NCBI GenBank assembly: GCA_012295275.1
Contig: CM022666.1
Location: forward strand, 14,446,001-14,510,000
Length of the DNA stretch: 64,000 nucleotides
From: Chrysomallon squamiferum
Taxonomy: Eukaryota > Animalia > Mollusca
Direction: 5' to 3'
Below the pieces are notes generated by a model. The model made no database searches. It was not told where the DNA came from and was given only the letters and a program-made list of their open reading frames with translations. A program made the position numbers and the translations under genes. Positions 1-15,964 of the stretch are shown piece by piece (position 1 is the first letter of the stretch; the number at the start of each line of letters is the position of its first letter).

Positions 1-112
1 TTCTACAATCATTGTGAAAGATACATTGTTTGGCAAAATATGAAACATTCATATTCTTAATATTTTTCCAATGATTTTTATTTTTTCATTTTATTTTTTG
101 ATTTATTCATTT

Positions 113-403
113 ATATATGTATGTGTGTGTTTTTCTATATATGTATGTGTGTGTGTATTTCTTTTTATATATATGTATGTATGTGTATACATGTGTATGT
201 GTGTATATAGATGTGTATGTATATATGTGGATGTATGTATACATGTGTATGTATGTGTTTATGTGTGTATATATATGTGTGTATGTATGTATGTTTGTAT
301 ATGTGTATATATATATTGTTTGTGCATATGTATATAAATATGTGTGTATGTGTGTATATTGTGTGTTTATATATGTGTGTGTGAGTGTGTTTATGTATAT
401 ATG
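113..403. repeat. Degenerate (TG/TA)n microsatellite
   Basis: Mixed tg/ta dinucleotide run; the inverted paralogue at ~53088-53960 is longer. Confidence 0.9.
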
Positions 404-405
404 TA

Positions 406-1456
406 TACTCTCCCAAAAAAGAAACGCAAAAGTAGATTTTATTGACATTGGAAATATCTATCTAATGGATCAACAGAAAGCAGCAGAATGTTCACATTTT
501 ACACACACTTTCGCAATTCATTCATATTGATGGTATTACATTGAAAAGGTTAAAGTTCAAGTTATAACAGTATAATATCAATACCTTGTGTGCCCACCAC
601 GGCAGTCCAGAACTGCCTGACATCTCTTTCCCATTACACCTTGTGGAATGGTGGCCCACTCTGTCTGTAGTAAAAATGCCAGCTGAGCACGATTCTGTGG
701 CTGTGGTTGATGATGCCTCAATCGTCTATCCAACTCATCCCATAAATACTCTATAGGGTTCAAATCCGGAGATTTAGAGGGCCAGGGCAGGATCTGAACG
801 TTATTGTTGTGTAGGTACACTGTTGTGAGTCTGACTATGTGGTCTCGCATTGTCTTGCTGGAATACAGTGTTACCATTATTCATAACTGGAGCGATATGT
901 GGCTGCAAAATTTAATCTCGGTATTTCTGTGCCGTTAGGTTGCCTTGGATGTGAACCAGGTTGGTCCTGCCAGTGTATGAGATTGCTGCCCACACCATCA
1001 CACTACCACCGCCAAATCTTTCCGCTTCCTGTATGCAGTTTGCAGCAAAACGTTCACCACGACGTCTGTAAACTCGACATCTTCCATCAGCTCAACGAAG
1101 CAGAAATCGAGCCTCGTCACTAAACCAGACAGTTCTCCATCGTAACTGAGGCCAGACTCTGTGCAGTTGACACCACTGATGTCGTAGTCAACGATGTTGT
1201 TGATCAAAACCACTCTTCTTACAGGCCGTCTGTCTCGAATACCTGCCTCGCGTAAACGATTGCGCACTGTCTGAGCATACCTGGTATTGCTGAAGCAGTA
1301 GAGGTAGCCGTGGTGGTTCTTTCCCGTAGATGAAGTACCCGTATTTAGCGGTCCTGGGCCCTGGTGTACCTGATGGTCACGTGTTGTTTGGTGTTGCTGG
1401 AACCGATATCACAATCTCAAGATGGTGCCGGGGATACGGCCGAGAAGGTTTCGCCA
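406..1456 (-). mobile_element. Truncated, frameshifted Tc1/mariner transposon
   Basis: ORF 578-877 has the Tc1 motif WPSKSPDLNPIE and the C-terminal GGHTRY. ORF 998-1267 has the Tc3-type RNRLREAG..RRP segment. A TIR-like end TACTCTCCCAAAAAAGAAACGCAAAA follows a TA at 404-405; the other end is missing. Confidence 0.9.
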
Positions 1457-1947
1457 CACACACAAAAAAAAAATACAAAATAAATAAATAAATAAAAGTC
1501 AATAACCAAACGTATATATGATTATAATAATTAAGGCCATGTAGGCTAGAACTGGAGTTATGTCCGTTATACCACGTTCAGAAAACGGTTTTAACAGGTA
1601 AACATGTATATGTATATTCAGAGATACACAGAAGTATATTTTATTTTATTTTATTTATTTACTTTCAAAATTACGTCTATTTTCATCAGTTTTATTTAGT
1701 AGTGGTAGTAGTAGTAGGAGTAGGAGTAGTGGTAGAAGTAGCAGAAGTAGTCACAGTATTAATAAAAAGAAGCGAACTAATTAAAACTGAATCAGTGTGC
1801 TCTAAAGGGAGATAACTGATTCGATTCAAAGCATACAGGGGTATTGCAGCCATTAATATGGAGCTGAATACATAAATTCACAAATAAAATAAAACGACAA
1901 AAACAAAAATAAATAAATAAATATATAAATGAAGAGAAAAGTAAATG

Positions 1948-2007
<60 letters not shown>

Positions 2008-2019
2008 TTGTTGTTGTTG

Positions 2020-2582
2020 TTATTTTCATTTTATGTGTTAAGATTATTGAAATCTTGGTAGTAAATAACAAAAGTCTACATGGGACTGAGTTAAACAGTG
2101 AAGAATTTAATGTTGAAGAGTTTGCAGACGACACTACATTGCTATTAGAGTGGTGTGATAAAACTCTTACAGCATCTGTGGAAACATTTTACCTCACTAT
2201 TTGGTCTTAAAGTTAACACAAGTAAAACTAACATTGTAAAATTAGGCAAAGACCGTAATCATCACAGAAAAATGTGTTCAAAATATAATTTAAAATGGAC
2301 TACAGAATTTACAATACTTGCGTTTCCCACAGATGTTTATCAGATACATGAATTAAACTATAACGCAAAATCGAATGAGGTTAAAAGGCTGCTTAAACGA
2401 TGGTCAAAAAATGACTGTAATAAAAAATTTAGTTTTGTGGAATTTGATTTATCTTTTTTCTTCACTGCCAAGCCCAAATAAGATTTTTTTTTTTTTAAAT
2501 TAGAAACCTATTTCTTTAATATCATTTGGAATAAAGAGCCCGATCAAATAGCTACAAAAACATTAATTCAGAATTATCCAAA
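2020..2582 (+). mobile_element. L1/Tx1-clade LINE reverse transcriptase fragment (degenerate)
   Basis: Broken frames give IFILCV..EIL..NNK..G..FADDTT, GLKVNTSKT and LNY..K...RLLKRWSK, typical of the RT catalytic ADD region and downstream segment. Confidence 0.8.
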
Positions 2583-2920
2583 TGCATTTAGTAATAAAAT
2601 ATAACTTTTGACCACTTGTTACAGTTTACAATGGCTCTCTGTTAATACTGATAAAAATATTATAAATTGTCTTTACATACTGACCAAGAAACAGTACAAA
2701 TACCAGAAATTCCTAACTGTTCAGAAGAACAGGTTAAAACAAATGTTTGTAAAAAACAATTCTACAATTACTGTATTACAGAAACTACTTCAAAACATAA
2801 AATGAAAGCGAAAATACAGACAGAGGTCGTAGATATTTTCAGCAGAATATTTTGTTATTTAAGCATTTGGTATTATATGGTATAAAAGATTGATATAATT
2901 GTCAATATTTTGATTGGTTA

Positions 2921-2957
<37 letters not shown>

Positions 2958-3299
2958 GCTGCTGCTAATGACAATAAATAAATAAATAATTGTTAATACT
3001 AAATACTGCAGCCAAGGCTGATTTACGAGCCTCCATACAGACTCCGCAACGAAACGAGAGCTACTCGGAGGATTGTTTTGGGGCATCTACACTGGTACTT
3101 GAAATCTGTATTATTTTATTTTATTTATTTATTTATTTGTGTACTAAAATAATTTTGTATTATGATGATGATAATGATGATGCTAATAATAATAATACTA
3201 ATAATATTAATAATTACTAAAAAGTTTTTTTTGTTATTATTATTATTTTCATCTATTTATAGAAATACAGAATCTACTAGTCGATAATGCATTTAATAA

Positions 3300-3889
3300 A
3301 ATATTGGTCGCTAATTTCGTTCCTGAACTTTTCATTATTTGTGTGTTGGGTAGCATGCGTGACACTCGCTTTATTTCTAGAAAAGGTGTTATTTTCATAT
3401 ATGTGCATTTTTTAAATCTATATTGTGGCTAAACAAAAAATATTACACCCAGGAAACTTTTATATGTTTTAGTTATTATGTGCGAGATTAAATTTCAAGA
3501 AAGGTCATCTCAAGGTCACGTGATCCACACGGTTAATTTCAAGGTCAAAGCAAAGGTCAAAAGGTAAATGTACCCCAATATTTTCCAAACTGAACAAAAA
3601 TGGCAGATTTGGAATCCTTGTCATATTGCCTTTTCAACAATACTATAATTTTATGAAGATTGGCCCAGTAGTTCCTGAGATATGAGGGTTCAAATGTTGG
3701 TGGTCACACCCATTTTTGCCAAAAATCTCAAAATTCGGTGGGCCTTATCTCCCACACCACTGGTCCGATTGGGCTAAAATTTCAGATTTGGTGCTGTGGG
3801 ATCCCAGTCACCACGTATACCAAGTATAATCTGAGACGGTCGGGTTTAAATTTCTTTTTTGGGGGGGGTGATTTGACATAGAATGACCC
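3300..3889. mobile_element. Probable non-autonomous DNA transposon fragment
   Basis: More GC-rich block with clustered AAGGTCA motifs, ending sharply in GATTTGACATAGAATGACCC (TIR-like). Absent from the inverted paralogue. Family not assigned. Confidence 0.4.
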
Positions 3890-4204
3890 TTTGACAGTAA
3901 TTTGTTATGGCTTACTAAAATACGTAAATGCATACATGAACTATGTCACTGTGACCCTCTGAAAATTCTGTGTACTTCTCAATTAGCCTCTTCACTTTAT
4001 ATGAATAAAAAAAAAAAAAAAAAAAAAAAAAAAGGCTATTAAATGTATATCTATAATAAATTAACCTAAACATCACACTATAAAATGCAGAGATTTTAAA
4101 TTAAATATTTTTCATAAACTTTTGTTTACTCTGTTTTCTATTTTCAGGGAAGCTGTTAGGAAATTAAACTTTCACACATTGCTCTGCTTCATCATAACTT
4201 ACAA

Positions 4205-4614
4205 ATGTCTACCAGTACAAGCAACATCTATGAAGTTTTTGTTTTAAAAGAGGGATATAGTTGTGCAAAGGGTGGATGTAAGTTGTTAATATTGTACTGA
4301 TTCCTGTATTCTACCCTGTTGCATGATGTTGTAAGATCACAATTTACAGTATAGTAAGTTGTAAAAAAAAATTCAAACACAGTTGTTAAAACTACACATA
4401 AGTTTGGATATGACATGTTTACTTTAATGTTTAAGTATTTTTGTGTAGTTGAAAATTAAGATAATAATTATATAGATATTGACACAGATGCAGATGTAGA
4501 TGTATGTTTTTACAGATCAACTGAAAGCTGCAGCCTCTATCACTCTGCTGAAAGGACCTCACATTGTCCTGGTGGAAACTGGAAATCCTTGGGACAAAGA
4601 TTTGATTCTGGAAG
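4205..4614 (+). pseudogene. MBLAC1: MBLAC1-like metallo-beta-lactamase 5' fragment (coding exons 4205-4277 and 4516-4614)
   Basis: A phase-1 GT-AG intron joins MSTSTSNIYEVFVLKEGYSCAKGG/YQLKAAASITLLKGPHIVLVETGNPWDKDLILE, resembling the MBLAC1 N-terminus (VLxEGY, TLxKGP, VDTGxPW). The motif Asp is replaced by Glu, and I found no downstream HxHxDH exon. Confidence 0.65.
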
Positions 4615-5003
4615 GTAAAATTTCATAGAAAACTTAACTACTTTTGTAAAATTATTCAATTGTGTATATTTGTTTTTTTCTTCATGTGTTCTTTTTAATA
4701 TATTATTGATGATACTTGAAGAAAAGTTTTTTTTTTTTTTTAAATTTTAGATAAGTAACTAAATAATACATGAAAATAAAAAATAAAAATGTCGTCTTCT
4801 TGTTCTTCTTCATCATTATCATGTGTATTGTATTATCTATGATGTAATAAAAACTATTTTAAAAACTTCCCAATCTTTCAATGTATAACAGACCAAACAG
4901 TATTATTACATTAATTCATAACAGTTAATAAAATTCATGAAAAATATTAGAAAAGTACTTTTTTTAAATATTAATAAAACCCAGGTAATGGTATATAAAA
5001 GTA

Positions 5004-5395
5004 GTGTAAGTTTATGTGAAAATAAAGTGAAATATAAAACATTAATATTCTACTTATCTGTACAAACACAGTGTAAGTTTATGTGAAAATAAAGTGAAAT
5101 ATAAAACATTAATATCCTACTTATCTGTACAAACACAGTGTGAGTTTATGTGAAAATAAAGTGAAATATAAAACATTAATATCCTATTTATCTGTATAAA
5201 CACAGTGTGAGTTTATGTGAAAAGAAAGTGAAATATAAAAGATTAATATTCTACTTATCTGTACAAACACAGTGTGAGTTTATGTGAAAATAAAGTGAAA
5301 TATAAAACATTAATATTCTACTTATCTGTATAAACACAGTATGAGTTTATGTGAAAATAAAGTGAAATATAAAACATTAATGTTCTACTTATCTG
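5004..5395 (+). repeat. 67-bp minisatellite, about 6 copies
   Basis: Unit gtgtgagtttatgtgaaaataaagtgaaatataaaacattaatattctacttatctgtacaaacaca starts at 5004, 5071, 5138, 5205, 5272 and 5339. Confidence 0.95.
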
Positions 5396-5655
5396 CGTAA
5401 AGAAAAACCTTTTTCCATTATTTTATTTTATTTCCTCTTATTATTTTTTGTTAATAAAGTATGATAATAAACTAAAAAACTAATGAAGCTGAAAATGTTT
5501 GATTACATGATTTTTTACACATTTTGACACACTGAGCCTGTAGATACAGTGCAGTGATATACTCAGTCTTTTAGGATTTTATTTTGATTACATATTTTTA
5601 TTTTATTATTTATTATTTTTTTTATTTATTATTTATTCATTTATTTCAGTTCAGT

Positions 5656-5686
<31 letters not shown>

Positions 5687-6430
5687 TAAAAGAATAAAAC
5701 ATGTTCCTGTCATTGACTTCTCCAGTATAATTTTACCAGAATATATTTCACTCATTTAGCAAAACCACTTAATATAATTAACTAAATGTCCTTTTTGCAG
5801 GATGTGTCTTGTTTCTATTTTTATTTTGAAATTTCTACAAACTTGGATACTGTATATATTGCATGCATGACTGAAGAAGTTTGGTATGTCCTTTCCTGTC
5901 TGTTTCAAAGTTAGATGTAAAACATTTATTGTTTTCTTTAGTAGTTGGAGATGTATGGTTTAATTAGCAAGTTGATAATCATGTAATATTTATGAAAAAG
6001 AGTTAACATGTCTGATCACTGTATTCAAGAAATAGACAAATTGTTGAAGAATTCTCTAAAATGTAATATTTTAAGATATTTAACAGATACTTTTTTTTAC
6101 AGTATTATCCAAGCATATCACTGCTTATTTGTTATTCATCTGTTACCACAGAATTTCATGTTTCATCAAATGAATTACTCAATGAATATGTAAGGTGTAG
6201 TGGAATTGAACCATCACAGAGAAAATCTGATTTTATTTTGCTGTGTCCACTGAATTTGGACATTCTCACACTGTTTATGATGGGTGTGTTTTACCTTAGT
6301 GGTGGATGGTCTGCAGTTGAGTGTTGGGTATATTATAGTTTGTTTGTAGGTGTAGAGCAGTTTCATGATTGGTGTACAGAAAATGCATGGCACAACTCCA
6401 CCAATATTAATTGTTTTATGATGTTTTCAG

Positions 6431-6781
6431 CAGCTGGTCAAGGACACATGCAGATCTAGTAGTGGCTCACTGAGATGAGTGCTGACATGCAGATACTAAA
6501 TGAGACAGGAGAAACACCACAGGATCTCGCCTGTGTTAAGTTGCTGGGTGGAGATCCAGGTATGTCTGTGATAGTGGCAGCTTTCTTTTTACACAGAAAC
6601 TGTTTTATATATCAATAGTTCATATTAATGATTTTAGAATAGAGATTTGTTTATATTTTTGCTGTTGCTGTTGTTGTTGATATGGATGATTATCAATATT
6701 TTATTGTTATCATTTATTTTGATTTTCATTGTGTCTGATTATATGTTTCTTTTTTAATTTTTGATATATTTGTGTGTGTGT

Positions 6782-6873
<92 letters not shown>

Positions 6874-8045
6874 ATTTTCAGCAGTATAACGAATCTTCAT
6901 ATCATCCATCTAGTGATATTAGCTGTGTCAGATATCTGTACTATTGCTTATTAATTTTAACTTGTGGATTTTAGTAAAATAAAAGTGTTTTTTTCTTAGA
7001 ATAAGACACAGAAGCAGTTAAAGATGAAGTAGATGACGGTGATGATGATGATACCAATCACAAAATGTAACCAAAAACAAAAAGTGTCAAAGGTAAAATT
7101 AAACATGGAGTAACTTCCCTTTACGTGAATGTTAAAGTTACTAACCTTATGATTATATTTTTGTGGTTTATATCAGAAAAACAAAACATGATTTTATATA
7201 TGGAGATTATATTTACGTAGTTTGTTAGTTTTATCTGCAGAAATTTTGATAACAAATATTTTCAGGTTGGACTAAGAAGAGAGTTGATAAATAATAAAAA
7301 GAAATAAAAAAATAAAAAAGTCATAAATTAGTCAGACAAACAAATGATAACTTTAAATATGGAGATTATTATTTATTATTTCCTAGTTTGATCAAAGGTA
7401 AATTTTGCTAAATATATTTTCAGGTCACAATTCTACACAACTTGGAGGGCAACTTCTGGAGGACAGAAAACGAATCAAAGGCATGCGAGACCAAGACTAG
7501 TAAGTTTGGAAATAAATGAATGAATGAATGAATAGTAAATAAATAAGTAAATAAATAAATAAAGAATTGGTCATTCAAAACAATAACATTTTAAAGGGTA
7601 AAACAGCAGTGTTATAGATGTGTAAATTGTTTTATTTGATCATTCACACAAGCTCTCACTTCTACACTTTAAAAAAGACCGCGTTTGTTGAACTACTCTA
7701 TCCCAGTTAGCTCACTGAGTACAGCTGAGACTGACAAGATCAGTACACCTCAGTGTAATCATGGAGCTATCTCACATTCCTACCTCTGCTCCACACATAG
7801 TTACTGTTGTATGTTCCGTGCTTTCTTCAGGAGAGACTACATGAAAGATTCCTTGCGGCTGAAACCAAAAAGAAATATCCTATTTCACATTATCTAAGTA
7901 CACATTAGAGTCTGATTCTCTGTGAGAGTACATTACATGTGTTCAGAGTGGATTATTAACAACTTGTTTGTGTTTCTTCATGTAAAATCAGTGTGTTTGT
8001 TTTCAGTACAATTGGGGGCTCAGCTGGATTATGAGAGACTTCAAG
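6431..8045 (+). pseudogene. ANKRD42: ANKRD42-like 3' exon fragments (6431-6559, 7000-7092, 7424-7499, 8006-8045)
   Basis: AAGQGHMQI**WLTEMSADMQILNETGETPQDLACVKLL has two in-frame TAGs at 6457-6462. It is followed by an acidic exon, TQLGGQLLEDRKR and a truncated QLDYERL. These match ANKRD42 motifs AAGQGH..LQWL, LGG..EED and QLEYERL as I recall them. Confidence 0.8.
7690..7960 (+). mobile_element. Degenerate SINE-like intronic repeat (copies at ~46220-46490 - and ~60870-61140 +)
   Basis: Resembles, from memory, a gastropod SINE core (gagctat...gctccac...ggtatg...aaagatcccttgctgct). Not verified by search. Confidence 0.4.
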
Positions 8046-9384
8046 TGAGGTAACTCGTCTGTAAAACAGACAAATATTTTAAGTAACAGAGTACTGTCCC
8101 TTTATGACGAATTGATATGCCTAGCAAGACGGATGGTGAAAGCATGTTTAAAGAAAGCTTGTTCAGGTTTACAGTGACAACAAAACAGTCTCTGAATAGA
8201 AGTAAGAATACGAAAATTATCTGATTTACTCGAAGTTTCACAAAGGTCAGACAAAAATTAATAAAAAAGCCCTCGTGTTTACTATCTGCTTTTGTGCTTG
8301 AATGCAGTGACAGTGAGATATATACAGTAACTGTCAAGGGTGGAATTTTGAAAGCAAAATGTTCTAGCAGCCAGTCTGAAGTATGCGCTACGGATAGATA
8401 TTCAACTCATGATGTCTGCATTGATATTACTTTTTTTTTATCAAAAAGTATCTGCATTAGAATTAAATTATAAATATAAAATACTTTTTATAAATTAAAT
8501 TATATCAAATTAAAATAGTAAGGAACATTATGCCTACTATTTCTCCTATAAAAATAACACCTGTATTTTTAGCAAAATATTTTTGAATCCTAGATTTAAT
8601 TAAAATGCACGGAAATAGAGTTTGTATTTGGTTAAGGAATTTATTCAAGTAGGACTCTAAATTTTGTCTAATTACCATCAGCAACACATTTGATTTTTTA
8701 TGTTAAAAACATATACTTCTTTTTCTTTTCTTTGCTGACATATTGTTGTTGTTATTGTTATTATTATTTTTTCTCGTGAGTTCAAGAATCTGTCGAGGTT
8801 TAAGTTATAATTACACAAAGTTAAGTTATTTTGATTTAGTTAATTTTGTAAGTTTATTTTTCTCCTTACACTAAATGAAATACATACAACATATCAGTGA
8901 ATGTGTTGACAATGCCTAACGCAATAGATTTATCTGTCAAATTAGTTCAGAACGTTCACGTGTTTTGGAGTTGACCTGAAAACCAGTTTGTGTAGATAGT
9001 TGCTATGTACAGTTGCTAGAAACAGTAAGTTCTTTTATAATTTTTTTTTTTACTGGAAAAATTAAATAATCATTAAAGAAAAATGTAATGTTTAACGTAT
9101 TTTATTTATTAAAATCACTTTTGAAGAGATATACACGTTGTTAATATGAATGTGATTAATTATTTTAAAATACAGTTGTATAAAAAAAATAAAAATTAAT
9201 ATTAAAAATTTTAAACAATAATATAAATATAATTATATATACACAAAAAGAAAATACTTTATTGTAAAGCCAAATTCAACATTAAGAACAGAAAAAAAAG
9301 CAGAATTTGGTGTTGGTGTTGACCAGTAAATCTTTCTTTGTGCCTGTCTATGGATTTGTCTAGATAAATAGATACAGAGAATTA

Positions 9385-9426
<42 letters not shown>

Positions 9427-9465
9427 CATAATAATCATAATAATAATAATAATAATAATAAAGAC

Positions 9466-9501
<36 letters not shown>

Positions 9502-9532
9502 GACAATAATAATAATAATACGATCAATAAAT

Positions 9533-9602
<70 letters not shown>

Positions 9603-10400
9603 ATTAAAATAGTGTATCAGTTTTGAAGAGATATGCACATGAAATAATAATAATAATTTTCATTCTGTGTCACAGAAATCAGTTTAATACCTGTTTTGAA
9701 GTTGACATGTTTGACATTCCTAAGACATGAAAACGAGTTTGTGTTGGTAGTTGCTATGTACGGTTGCTTTAATAAAGTTCTTTCATAATTTTATTATTTT
9801 TACAAATTAAGTAAAGTATTAAAAATAACGTCACATGTTTAACCAAACTGATATATTAAAATAGTGTATCAGTTTAGAAGACATATGCTTGTTGTTAATT
9901 TGACTGTAATTATTTATTTTAAAATACTGTAAACCTCAGCTTATTTTTGTTATTTTGTATTATTTATTTATTTATTTATTTGTTTATTTTCTATTAAGAA
10001 TGAAACTTATTAGATTATTTTTTTCTTATCTGTCCGAGAAAGGCGGCGTTATCGATGTTTATGTACTGTTTAGTTCATTAGAAATCTGAGGTGAAAGATA
10101 GAAAAATATAAAGCAAGGAATACACAAATTAAATGACAACAGATATTAAAATATCTCATATTTAGATTTAAGTAAAATGCACAGAAGAGTGCAGTCAGTT
10201 TTGCCTTGAAAAATAAATTAAGAAAATCCACAAAACGTGTCTAATTATCATGAGCAATAGATATGTATTTTATTTTACTTTATATTTTTTACAATTTTTA
10301 TTTTTTCAAAATAAAAATCAGGAACTTTTTTTCTTCGCTGAATTAGTGTTTTCTTGTGCAAGTTATTTCAAGAAATAGCTGAAGTACAATTAAACAAAAT

Positions 10401-11989
<1,589 letters not shown>

Positions 11990-13956
11990 TAAGTTGTTAT
12001 TTTTCTTTCACAAACTTAATTTTCGTTTCATTTTTCATCTTGTGCTAAGAAAAATGCATTCGACTTGACGGTTATTCCCACCGTGTCAGTGAATGTGTTG
12101 ACCATATCAAACGGAATAAATGTATCTGCAGATGGACTATATGGTCACAACATAGTGTAAACAACACTCGTTTTAAACCTCAGTTTTATATGATGTAAAT
12201 TATCTGTACAAAAACCTGTAATGCAAACTATTTGTCTTGTATAGGATTTACACGTTACACATTTTCTGTTTCACTAAAATCATTTCAATAAGTGTTTAGA
12301 AGTTGACATATTTGGCAATACTTGGCTATTTTGTGTAGACAGTTACTATGTACTGTTGTTATAAACAGTACGTGCACATAATCTCGTCTCGTATCAGGTC
12401 TTCGGTTCTTTTATACTTTTACAAGTTTTACTGCAACGAAGTAAATAATATATGAAAAAAAGTAATGGTTAACGAATTAGATTTATATAAAAATACCGTA
12501 CGACTTTTGAAGAGCTATCAGTGTGGTTAATATGAATGTGATTTATTATTTTGAACACTTTTTTTACAACAAAATAATGAATTTAAAAAATAATACATAC
12601 ACTTGTAAATATAAGGATACTGTTTTATGTAAAGACAAATTCAACATAAAAACAGAAAAATAGATACTTTTGGTGAGTTTTTAGACATCAATCTTTGTAG
12701 GGCTGAGAGAGACAGAGAGATTAAAACAGTGTCAGTTTTTAAGAGATATGCACATGAAATAATAGTAATTTTCATTCTGTGTCTCTGAAATCAGTTCAAT
12801 ACCTGTTTTGAAGTTCACATATTTGACATTCCTAAGACTTGAAAACGAGTTTGCGTTGTAGTTGCTATGTTTGGTTGCTATAAACAGTACGTACAAATAA
12901 TCACACCTGAAGTATTAAGTTCTTTCATAATTTTATTATTTTTAATGCTACAAGTTAAATAACGTATGAAAAATAATGTCATATGTTTATCGAATTTGAT
13001 ATATTAAAAAAATGTATCAATCTTTAAGAGATATGCATGTTATTAATTTTAATGTGATTATTTATTTTAAAATACAGTTAAACCACAATATAACTAATCT
13101 TTAACATCAGAAAAACAACAACCCCAAAACAAACAAAAAAAAACAAACAAATATACGTCGATGTGTTTGTATGTGCGTATGTGTGAGAGGGACAGAATTT
13201 TGAAAGATACTTCTTAGAATAACAGTGCAAACAAATTTTAAAATGTTTGTTTTATATATTGTTTCAACTATATAAACCTCATTTAATCGAAAGAAAAGTT
13301 ATAATTTCTCAATTTTTATGTTACTTCATGTTTAATCGATGTATGACTATACTTATATTAACGTGAACTTCAGTCAACGAAGAAATCATCGCCATGGTTA
13401 CATCAGAAACAAATATTCGCGTGTTAAACTTGAGAACAAAACAGTAGAGACTTCAAAGTCTGATTAATAATCAGAAAAGAAGAAATCAACAAAATAAATT
13501 CCATGTGTATGCTTTAATTAATTAATTAACTAATTATGTTGGTGTTTCTTTGTTTCTGGCAGCACAAAAATTTAAAGAAGACACAAGCAGACAGCTAAAA
13601 GGAACGAGCGGAGAACAAACAAAAGTATTTTAATATTAATCCTTGGAAATTTTAAGTGAGATGTAAAAATAAGTAAGTAAGTAAGTAAATATAATAAAAA
13701 TAAATGTGAATGAATAAACAGAAATATGAAAAGGAGGAAAGAAGGAAGAAAAAAGAGAACTTAAAATAGTATCAGGGTTAAAACCAACAACACTTGAAGT
13801 ATACACCACTTGAAATTTTATAACGCGGCTTTGTCTAGAAGTGACAAAGTACGATGACTCACTCAAGTTTCACAGTCCAAATAAGCAGTGATCCTTGGTT
13901 ACACACAAACACAGGTAAAGACACGTCTTTATAGCAAGGGAGGTATATGATAAAAA

Positions 13957-14022
13957 AGGGTCGGAAGACTTTGGTCCGCGGTCCACATCCGACCCGCGAG
14001 AGATTTTAGTCCGGCCCGCCAC
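13957..14022 (+). mobile_element. hAT/Charlie-like MITE terminal fragment (inverted copy ~29008-29060)
   Basis: agggtcggaagactttggtccgcggtccacatccgacccgcg...ccggcccgcc resembles the hAT subterminal pattern GGCCCGCGGGCCACATCCGGCCCGC. Confidence 0.55.
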
Positions 14023-14126
14023 CTGAACACTTGGACATCAGTTGTTACATTAACTTCGTTGTTTTTTCTTTAAACCTCCAGACCTCCTAGCATCCCTTTT
14101 TGGTGTTCAGTTGTGAAGATAGAACT

Positions 14127-14247
<121 letters not shown>

Positions 14248-15906
14248 AACATACAGCTTACAGATATGTTAGGTTTTTATTTTATATTATTTTATTTTAT
14301 TTTATTTATTTATTTATTCATTCATTTGTATTTAGAATGAAACACTGGGTTTTTTATCTGTAAGATAAAGGCGGCGTCACCAATATTTCTGTACCTTATT
14401 ACAGACCCCTAGATGAACGTTAGAGAAAACAAAATATGAAGCAAAGAAGAACAGAAATGAAATAGTAAGAAAGCAATAAACGTTGTGCAAGTTGTCACGT
14501 TTTATGACAACGTTCGTTTCTCGGGAAGAATCAGTTTTATTTAGATTTAGTTGAAACGCACGGAACAGATTCAGTCGGTATTGCTTTGAGAAATTAATTA
14601 AAGAAATACACAAACCTTGTTTCCAGTCATCAGAAGCAGGACATTATTTATTTAATTTGTATTTATATTTTTTTGTTTTCAAAGTTAAAACTCACAAAAT
14701 ATAAAATTTTCCTCGCTTGATTAATTTACTTTGTTCTTACTAGATTGATCTGTAGATGAACTATACGACTCCAAAATAATGTAGACAATGCTCATTTTAA
14801 AACTGACTGTTATATGACATGAAGTATGAGTAGAGACGCCGTTAATACAAGATATTTATCTTCTATAGGATTTACGCGTTATAGACTTTCTTCAACAATG
14901 TCTGTTCAAAGAAGAACATTTATTATATGTTACAAATAGGATGGGATAACTTTGTTAGACAGAGATAATAATAGGTGACACAATTTCAGGGAATATGCAT
15001 AAAATAACTGACACATTTCAGTGATAATGCATAATTTATGATTATACGCATTTGCTGTGACACACACACGCACGCTCATATACACACGTACATATGTACG
15101 GACAGAAAATAAATGAAGAAACAACAGGAATAAAAAAAGAACTTGTGAATACTATCCCGTTTTAGAAGAACATCTTTTTCTCTCTCAAAGGAAGTATCTG
15201 CATTATAAAATAATTTTTTTGAATTTTATTTATGACAGAGAAAAATATTAAAGAACATTATACCTACTATTTGTCAAATAACAGCTGTATTTTTATCAAA
15301 ATATATTATTAAATATTTAATTTAATCAAAGAACACCTAAATATAATTAGCTAAGCTTAAGATATTAATACAAGAAATAATTAAATTAAATATTTATGGG
15401 TAAGTGGGTGTGTGTTTCTTGTATTATTTGATTATTATTATGTTTTTTTTTTTTTTTTCCTTTTTAATTTAATTTAATTTAAGAACATACATTATCTACA
15501 CAGAACATAGAACTAGCTACTGCAAGGTCTTAAGCGTTATGCATTTTCTATGGTGTCAAGAGAAAATATTCTTTTTTATTTGTTTTGAGGTCACTGAAAT
15601 CAGTTCAGTACGCGATTAAAAGTTCACTTAATTGACATGAAAATAAGTTTGTGTAGATAGTTGCTATGTAAGGTTTTTATAAACAGAATGTGCAGACAAT
15701 CTCATCTCATCTGAGGTGTTCAATTCTTTCATGAGTTTAGTATATTTGACTGAAACAAATTAAGAAATAATATAAGAAACGCAAATTGAATGTTTAAAGA
15801 ATTTCATATATTAAAATACAGTATAACTTTTGTAGAGATATGCTTGTTATTAATATGAATGAGATTAATTATTCTAAAATACAATTCTAGCAGAAAATAA
15901 CGGATC

Positions 15907-15964
<58 letters not shown>

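Noticed and set aside
5004-5395. Regularly spaced repeats resembling a CRISPR array (also 33024-33220)
   Set aside because: Head-to-tail units with no unique spacers, no cas genes, eukaryotic context.
7685-7897. 70-aa ORF kept open in three copies (also 46284-46496 and 60867-61079)
   Set aside because: TTG start, intronic to the ANKRD42 remnant and overlapping a SINE-like repeat; recent duplication explains its conservation.
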